A stretch of 64,000 nt of DNA from Phycisphaerae bacterium (GTDB lineage Bacteria > Planctomycetota > Phycisphaerae > UBA1845 > Fen-1342): assembly GCA_963675745.2 (NCBI GenBank), contig CAXXWX010000026.1:352001-416000 (forward strand), read 5' to 3'. The position numbers and the translations under genes were made by a program. Numbering within the stretch: position 1 is the stretch's first letter; every line of letters starts with the position of its first letter. Positions 57,561 to 64,000 of this stretch are shown one piece after another. Under the pieces are notes generated by a model, which had not been told where the DNA came from, searched no databases, and saw only the letters and a list, made by a program, of their open reading frames with translations.

Positions 57561-58922
57561 ATGCCCCAACAGCCCACGAAGAATAAAACGCTGACCGGCA
57601 ACACGGGGGCTACGCCTGTCTCCGGGTCGCGCGGCATATCCCGGCGACGGTTCATGCAGCGCTCGGCAATTGTCGCCGGAGGGATTGCCGCTCCCTGGAT
57701 TGTGCCGAGTTCAGCACTTGGCCGAGGCGCGCGGCCGGCGCCGAGCAACCTGATCACCATGGCCAGCATCGGCGTGGGCGGCATGGGCAGCGGCAACATG
57801 CACAACTTCATGAACCTGGATGATTGCCGAGTGCTGGCCGTCTGTGATGTCGATCGCGAGCACGCCGCCGGCGCCAAGCAGCGCGTGGACGAGAAATACG
57901 GCAATCAGGACTGTAAGGTCTACCACGACTTTCGCGACGTGTTGGCGCGCGATGATATCGACGCCGTCGTGATTTCCACCCCCGACCATTGGCACGCGGC
58001 GATCGCGGTTGCGGCGGCGGCGGCTGGTAAGGACATTTACTGCGAGAAACCGATCAGCCATTGCTATCTGGAGGGCCGGGCGATCGCCGATGCGGTGAAG
58101 CGTTACGGGCGCGTCTGGCAGACGGGCAGTTGGCAGCGATCCGTGGGGAACTTTCGCCAGGCGTGTGAACTGGTCAGAAACGACCGGATCGGCAAAGTAC
58201 ACACCATCGAGGTCGGACTTCCCGTCAATGGCTCGTCGCGGGAATACGTCCCCTTCACCCAACAAACGCCGCCCGACCAACTCGATTATGAATTCTGGGT
58301 CGGGCCCTCGCCGCGCGTGGCCTATCAGGAGAAACGCGTACACTACCATTGGCGCTGGCATCTGAACTACGGCGGCGGCGCGCTGCTCGACTGGATCGGG
58401 CACCATCTCGACATCGCCCACTGGGGCATGAACTGGGATCACTCCGGGCCGATCGAGATCGACGCCCACGGCGTGTACCAGGGCAACGGGATCTATAACG
58501 CGGCGCATCAATTCCACGTCGCCATGAAGTACCGCGGCGATGTGTCGTTAACCGTTTCCGGCAATGAGGGGATGGCAACGGGGACGAAGTGGATCGGCTC
58601 CGACGGTTGGGTCTATGTTGATCGAGGTCGCATTGACGCCCATCCCAAGAGCCTGCTCAAAGAGCAGATGGGGCCACAGGACACACACCTGCTGCACTCG
58701 CCGGGCCACGGCAGGAACTTCATCGACTGTATCAAGCTGCGCAAGCAGGCGTTGACGCCGGCCGAAACGGCCCATCGCTCCGTCGCCCCCGGCCACCTGG
58801 GGCAGATTTCCATGCAGCTCGGGCGAAAACTGCGTTTCGATCCCGACACCGAACAGATCATCGACGATCCGACCGCGACACGCATGCTGGGACACGGCAT
58901 GCGCGCGCCGTGGTCGCTTTGA
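57561..58922 (+). CDS. TAT-exported Gfo/Idh/MocA oxidoreductase
   Basis: SRRRFM; IGVGGMG, STPDHWH, YCEKP, QTGSWQRS, DWIGHHLD. Confidence 0.93.
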   Translation: MPQQPTKNKTLTGNTGATPVSGSRGISRRRFMQRSAIVAGGIAAPWIVPSSALGRGARPAPSNLITMASIGVGGMGSGNMHNFMNLDDCRVLAVCDVDREHAAGAKQRVDEKYGNQDCKVYHDFRDVLARDDIDAVVISTPDHWHAAIAVAAAAAGKDIYCEKPISHCYLEGRAIADAVKRYGRVWQTGSWQRSVGNFRQACELVRNDRIGKVHTIEVGLPVNGSSREYVPFTQQTPPDQLDYEFWVGPSPRVAYQEKRVHYHWRWHLNYGGGALLDWIGHHLDIAHWGMNWDHSGPIEIDAHGVYQGNGIYNAAHQFHVAMKYRGDVSLTVSGNEGMATGTKWIGSDGWVYVDRGRIDAHPKSLLKEQMGPQDTHLLHSPGHGRNFIDCIKLRKQALTPAETAHRSVAPGHLGQISMQLGRKLRFDPDTEQIIDDPTATRMLGHGMRAPWSL

Positions 58923-59019
58923 CCGGTAAGAAGAGGTCACCGTGGCGGCTGACGGGTTCATCAGCCGTGGCGTGCCGAGATCACCGCCGGCGCATCAGGC
59001 AGAAGAGCGGAGGCGCGAT

Positions 59020-62000
59020 ATGAAATCGACAACGACGCAATTACTAGTCGCAGCACTGGCCGCCGCGCTCGCGACCTGCACGGCATCCATCGGTGCCGAG
59101 CCGCAAGCGGTTCCCGAAGAGACTGTGCAGCGAATCATGTCGGCCTTGCCGGAGGAACCCTGCGCGCCGCCGCAAGCTCCACGCCGCGTGCTGGTGTTCC
59201 AACTGTGCCAGGGCTACGCGCACGGGTGTATTCCCGTGGCCAGCCGGGCCTTCGAGCTGATGGGCCGGAAGACGGGCGCTTTTGAGACGGTCGTCAGCAC
59301 CGACATGAAAGACATTGCTGCGGAGAATCTGAAGACCTTCGACGCGATTCTGCTGAACAACACCACGCAGTTGACGTTTGAAGATCCGGCACAGCGCGAG
59401 GCGCTGGTCGAGTTCGTCAGGAGTGGCAAAGGGCTGATCGGCATACATGCGGCGACCGATTGCTTTTACGACTGGCCGACGGCGGCACTGATGCTGGGGG
59501 GGCTGTTTGACGGGCACCCGTGGGGCGCCGGCGGCACCTGGGCGGTGAAGATCGACGAACCAGACCATCCGCTCACCGCGTCATTCACCGGCAAGCCGTT
59601 CCTGATCAAGGACGAGATTTACCAGATCAAGGCCCCCTACTCGCGCTATTCGCTGCGCACGCTGCTCAGCCTTGACATGTCCGACGCGCGAAATGAGCAG
59701 CCGGGGATGAAACGCGCGGACCGCGACTTCGCCATCTCGTGGGTCCACCGCTTTGGCCGCGGGCGTGTGTTCTACTGCTCGTTGGGACATAACCCGGAAG
59801 TGTATTGGAACGAGGCGGTGCTCCGGCACTATCTGGCCGGCATCCAATACGCCCTGGGCGATCTGACGGCCGATGACACGCCCAGCAACCACGGTGATCG
59901 CGCCCGCGCTTTGCGCGACCTCGGCGCGTACGACTTCGACAGTGACCGTGGACCGCTCAACGCGATTGATGCGCTGATCAGCAGCGCGGTCGGCGACGGT
60001 GCGGCCCTGGCGACACTCGAACAGGACTTGCTGGGCATCCTCTCCGCACCGGACACGTCCTTCGCCGCGCGGCAGTTCGTTTGCGCCAAGCTGCGAGTCA
60101 TCGGTACCGATCGGTCGGTTCCGGCGCTGGAAGCAATGCTGGAGGATGCCGAGTACTCAGACATGGCGCGATATGCGCTCGAACGTTTCCCGGCGGAATC
60201 AGGCGCCGGACGGGCGTTGTGTGGTGCGCTTGCGCAGACCACGGGCGCGGTACGCGTCGGCATCATCAACACGCTCGGCGAGCGACGCGAGCGCGAAGCC
60301 GTTGACGCACTGGCGCGTCTTGCCGGCCAGACTGACCGGGCCGCGGCCGACGCCGCCACGCTGGCCCTGGGTAAGATCGGCGGTCCCGCCGCGCTGGCCG
60401 CGTTGCGTGCCGCGGCCGACCCCGCTGATGCGTTGGTCGCCCGGGCGCTGCTGCGCTGCGCGGAGCAAATGGCGGCCGCCGGTGATACGACCGCCGCCGC
60501 CCAGGTCTATCGCGACGTGTTCAATAACGAGAGTCTTGCGCTGACCACGCGCGCGGGCGCTTTTGGCGCCTTGGTCGCGCTCGAACCGTCGTCGATGCGC
60601 ACCGAGTTGCTGGAGATGCTCGGCGATGCGGACCCGGCCATGCAGGCGCTGGCCGCGCGCAACGTGCGCGATTTGCCGGGGACGGATGTCAGTGCGGCGT
60701 TTGCCGAACGGCTGGACAATCTGCCGACAACCGGCCAAGCTGTGCTGGTCTCCGCACTCGCCGACCGCGGTGAGGCGGCCGCGGTGCCGGCTTTGATGCG
60801 CGCGGCGCGGCATGAGGACACAATCGTGCGTCAGGCGGCGTTGCGCGGGCTGGGAATTCTCCCGGGAAATGCGGATGTGGTCGCATTGCTGGGTGACATA
60901 GCGGCCGAGGCTTCGGGCGTTGAGCGGGATGACGCGCGGGCAAGTCTGACACGGCTGAGCGGTGCGGGCGTGCCCGAGGCGATCATCGCCGGCGCGCAAG
61001 CGGGAGAGAGCGCGCAACGGACTGAACACATCCAGCAACTTGCCGGTCGCGGCATGGCACAGGCGCGAGATGTGCTGCTGGCCATGTCCACCGATGCGGA
61101 CCTCGATGTGCGAGTGGCGGCGCTGGAGTCGCTCCGCAAACTCGCCGAGCCGAGCGACTACGCGGCGCTCATCGCCTGGCTGTGCGCTGCCGCGGAAGAT
61201 GCCGAGAGAACCGCGGCCGAGAATACGGTCCTCGCGATCGCCCGGCGCTTACCGACGGCCGAGTCGCCCGCTGCGCCGTTGATCGCCGCCCTGCAAGACG
61301 CCGACGCGCGCACGGCGATCTCGCTGATCCACTGCCTGTCGAGCCTGGGAGGCGCGCAGGCACTCGCGGCGGTGCGCGAGGCGGCGAACGCAACCGAGGA
61401 AGACGTGGCGGTCGCGGCGGTGCGTGGCTTGTCCGCCTGGCCCGATGCAACGCCGCTGCCGGACCTGATGCGCATCGTCGAAACGTCCGAGCTCAAACGC
61501 GCTCGCGTGCTGGCGCTGCGCGGCGCCTTGCGCCTGCTCGAGATTGCTGACGAGCTGTCCGTGCCCAACAAGCTTGAACGCGTCAAGACGCTTATGAGCA
61601 GCGCGGATAGCGCCGAGGATCGCACGCGCGTGCTGGCCGCGTTGGCGCAGATCGATGACGAGCGCGCCGTGCAAGCCGCGGAAGTCTATCTCGACAACCC
61701 GGAGCTCAGTGGCCCCGCGGAGCAGGCAATCAAGCGGATTCGCGAACAGCTCTCCGGACCACCACGGCTGACGGCTTCTCACAACAACGATGCCGCGCCG
61801 CGCGCGATGGATGGTGACATGAGCACGCGTTGGGACAGCGGCACGCCGATGAAGCCGGGGATGTGGTTCATGATCGATCTGAAGGCCACCCGGACGATCC
61901 GCGGCCTGGTGCTGGACACGGCCGAATCGGCCGATGATTATCCGCGCGGCTACGAGGTGTTCGTTGGCGACGATCGCGCCGAACTCGGCGACGCGATTGT

Positions 62001-62142
62001 GAGTGATCGGGCGACAAGTCCTATAATCAAAATCCTCCCGCCCGAGCCGCCGCGCGGGCGGTTTATCAAGGTTGTGCAGACCGGCAGCAGTGACCACTGG
62101 TTCTGGTCGATTCACGAGGTGACGATCGACGCGGTCGAGTAA
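59020..62142 (+). CDS. Secreted ThuA-like domain + HEAT repeats + discoidin (F5/8, CBM32-like) protein
   Basis: GKGLIGIHAATD, FDGHPW, DEIY, GRVFYCSLGH; HEAT solenoid; AMDGDMSTRW..WFMIDL..WSIHE. Confidence 0.88.
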   Translation: MKSTTTQLLVAALAAALATCTASIGAEPQAVPEETVQRIMSALPEEPCAPPQAPRRVLVFQLCQGYAHGCIPVASRAFELMGRKTGAFETVVSTDMKDIAAENLKTFDAILLNNTTQLTFEDPAQREALVEFVRSGKGLIGIHAATDCFYDWPTAALMLGGLFDGHPWGAGGTWAVKIDEPDHPLTASFTGKPFLIKDEIYQIKAPYSRYSLRTLLSLDMSDARNEQPGMKRADRDFAISWVHRFGRGRVFYCSLGHNPEVYWNEAVLRHYLAGIQYALGDLTADDTPSNHGDRARALRDLGAYDFDSDRGPLNAIDALISSAVGDGAALATLEQDLLGILSAPDTSFAARQFVCAKLRVIGTDRSVPALEAMLEDAEYSDMARYALERFPAESGAGRALCGALAQTTGAVRVGIINTLGERREREAVDALARLAGQTDRAAADAATLALGKIGGPAALAALRAAADPADALVARALLRCAEQMAAAGDTTAAAQVYRDVFNNESLALTTRAGAFGALVALEPSSMRTELLEMLGDADPAMQALAARNVRDLPGTDVSAAFAERLDNLPTTGQAVLVSALADRGEAAAVPALMRAARHEDTIVRQAALRGLGILPGNADVVALLGDIAAEASGVERDDARASLTRLSGAGVPEAIIAGAQAGESAQRTEHIQQLAGRGMAQARDVLLAMSTDADLDVRVAALESLRKLAEPSDYAALIAWLCAAAEDAERTAAENTVLAIARRLPTAESPAAPLIAALQDADARTAISLIHCLSSLGGAQALAAVREAANATEEDVAVAAVRGLSAWPDATPLPDLMRIVETSELKRARVLALRGALRLLEIADELSVPNKLERVKTLMSSADSAEDRTRVLAALAQIDDERAVQAAEVYLDNPELSGPAEQAIKRIREQLSGPPRLTASHNNDAAPRAMDGDMSTRWDSGTPMKPGMWFMIDLKATRTIRGLVLDTAESADDYPRGYEVFVGDDRAELGDAIVSDRATSPIIKILPPEPPRGRFIKVVQTGSSDHWFWSIHEVTIDAVE

Positions 62143-62338
62143 GCTCGCCGCCTCGCTGCACACGCATGTACACCACCCCCACCGGCCATGCCCGCCGGCA
62201 TGGCGGTCGTGGAATCCCTATCCCTGCGGTATCGGAGCCGACGACGCACCGCGGGCCGCGCGGTGCTCAAGTAGCGTGCATATCAGGTCGATTGGCCGGC
62301 GCACCAGGAGTCCGCACGCACCGGGCAGGGACCGATAT

Positions 62339-63919
62339 ATGCACACACAGGCGTTGCCATTTGGCCGTCCTAGCGCATCATGCCGGCGCGCGGCCATTCT
62401 GGCATCGATTTCCGGACCTGCCATCTGGATTGTCACGCAGCCATGCGCCGCAATCGCCATCACGTTCTGCCTGGTACCGTTGCTGCTGGCCATTCGCGGC
62501 CAGAAGGCGCGGCATGCGTTTCTGCTCGGGTGGCTGGCCGGCACGATCGGCTTCACGCTGATCGGGTTGGGCACTCTGGATCCGCTAACGAACTACTACA
62601 ACCTCCAACCTGTCGCCGTGATCATCCTGGCGAGTCTTCTGGCACTATCCGTCGGTCTCCCGCTGGCGCTGTTTGCCGCGTTCATGGCCCGACTCGACGG
62701 AGCGGTCGGCCCTACGGCGCGCGTGATCCTGGGCGCCGCCGCGCTGGCGGTCATTGACACCGCGGCGGCGGACTGCTGGCTGCCATCACGAACAACACAA
62801 CTCGCCGCCACGCTCTGGCCACATCCCCAGTGGCTACAGACGGCGGCCCTGTTCGGAACCGCCGGCCCGATGTTCGTCTTTGCGGCCGTGAACATCGCCA
62901 TCGCCGAACTGATCGGCTCCTCGCGCGCTGCCGGAATGACCCGACGCGCACTGCCGGCGGCGGGAGTCGCATTGATGACCGTGGTGGCGGCCGTCGCATA
63001 TGGAGCGGAGCGTCAGCGCGCCTTTGCGTCCAACAGCGTCCACACGCCGAAAATCCGTTGCGCCGAGCCGTATCAGGCGCCCGCGCTGGCGACCGGTCCC
63101 GCGAACCAACGGGCAACGCTCCTCCTGCTTCCCGAGACCTATGTGGATCTTAGCAACTCCACACATGCCGCCTGGCTCGGCAACGTCATCGCAGACCGAC
63201 AGCCGGGGAACCCAGAGCTGCTGCTGGGCGTGCGGCGCGTCTTGCGCGGGGGGATGCGGCAGAACAGCGCATTGCTGATTTCAGACGACGCGCTCACCTG
63301 GTACAACAAACGGCGCCTGTTTCCATTCACCGAGCATTACCCCCTGGGACGTTTCGACCCGCTTGGACGACGGCGGGCCGGATTCCCCGGGATGCAGATG
63401 GGCGACGGTGATCAGCCCTTGCTGCGCCCCGCGAATTGCGCCGTGGCGACGCTGATCTGCGTCGAGGTGATGCACCCCCACCTCGCCGCCGACGACGTGC
63501 GACGTGGCGCGCGCGCAATCATCGCCTTGAGCAACGAAGAAGCGGTTCGCTCGGCGTCACTGGCCGACCGCGTCGTCGGTCAATGTGTGTTGCGCGCGAT
63601 CGAGAACCGCCGGCCGCTGGTGCGCACCGAGCGGACCGGACGGTCGCTCGCGGTTACGGCAGATGGTGACCTGTGCGCCACTGCGCCGGACGTGCAACCG
63701 CAAACAACGCACGATATCCGACCGGCACGACAAGGATCGTTGACATTCTACAGCCGGACACAGCCAATCCAGGCGACCATCACCAGCTTGGGTGCCGGCA
63801 TCGTCGCGCTGGTGTGTTGCCTCCCCGTTTCACGCCTGGCGCGGATGCGCGCCGCGGCACCGGCGACACCGAGGCGGCGACCCGACGACCATCACCTGTT
63901 CCAGATTGTTGAGGTATGA
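62339..63919 (+). CDS. Divergent apolipoprotein N-acyltransferase (Lnt)-like protein
   Basis: N-terminal TM bundle (FLLGWLAG, LQTAALFG); nitrilase triad PET, YNKRRLFPFTE, LICVE; RAIENRR; start uncertain. Confidence 0.78.
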   Translation: MHTQALPFGRPSASCRRAAILASISGPAIWIVTQPCAAIAITFCLVPLLLAIRGQKARHAFLLGWLAGTIGFTLIGLGTLDPLTNYYNLQPVAVIILASLLALSVGLPLALFAAFMARLDGAVGPTARVILGAAALAVIDTAAADCWLPSRTTQLAATLWPHPQWLQTAALFGTAGPMFVFAAVNIAIAELIGSSRAAGMTRRALPAAGVALMTVVAAVAYGAERQRAFASNSVHTPKIRCAEPYQAPALATGPANQRATLLLLPETYVDLSNSTHAAWLGNVIADRQPGNPELLLGVRRVLRGGMRQNSALLISDDALTWYNKRRLFPFTEHYPLGRFDPLGRRRAGFPGMQMGDGDQPLLRPANCAVATLICVEVMHPHLAADDVRRGARAIIALSNEEAVRSASLADRVVGQCVLRAIENRRPLVRTERTGRSLAVTADGDLCATAPDVQPQTTHDIRPARQGSLTFYSRTQPIQATITSLGAGIVALVCCLPVSRLARMRAAAPATPRRRPDDHHLFQIVEV

Positions 63920-64000
63920 CTGCGATGTATGCTTATGCGCGTCTGTGGAAGTTGTTGGCCGTGGCTGCTGTCGCCACTTTTGTGATCATGGCCCCAACGG
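63916..64000 (+). CDS. Start of a probable secreted/membrane protein (truncated by window edge)
   Basis: ATGA overlap with the Lnt-like stop, SD GAGG, hydrophobic MTAMYAYARLWKLLAVAAVATFVIMAP. Confidence 0.5.
   Translation, partial: MTAMYAYARLWKLLAVAAVATFVIMAPT

Overview
GC-rich bacterial chromosome segment. PEP-CTERM proteins, C-terminal dockerin-like domains, DUF1570, ThuA/HEAT fusions and TAT-exported Gfo/Idh/MocA enzymes point to a Planctomycetota genome, probably Phycisphaerae-like (inference). Contents: an amino-sugar/galactoside utilisation cluster (GH20, NahK-like kinase, NTP transferase, GH109, GH27); housekeeping genes (waaA, rimO, acpS, mutL, mrp, hsp20, class B DnaJ, M16 peptidase, tRNA-Arg-TCT); a 16-32 kb block of secreted surface proteins with dockerin-like or PEP-CTERM tails, whose 18.6-21.5 kb part is full of frameshifts; one complete IS4-family element inserted in the loop of a REP-like palindrome; and several REP-like repeat families. 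Best leads: (i) an FGE/C-type-lectin gene whose 3' end has the NNC-codon pattern of a diversity-generating retroelement variable region and whose PEP-CTERM tail appears swapped for a dockerin-like tail; (ii) a shared dockerin-like tail and a strong excess of D-P-N motifs in surface proteins; (iii) an unannotated 27-aa amphipathic peptide with a perfect SD; (iv) two orphan terminator-defined sRNA candidates. No reverse transcriptase, CRISPR array, integrase or rRNA was seen. All family calls are by motif recognition, without database searches.
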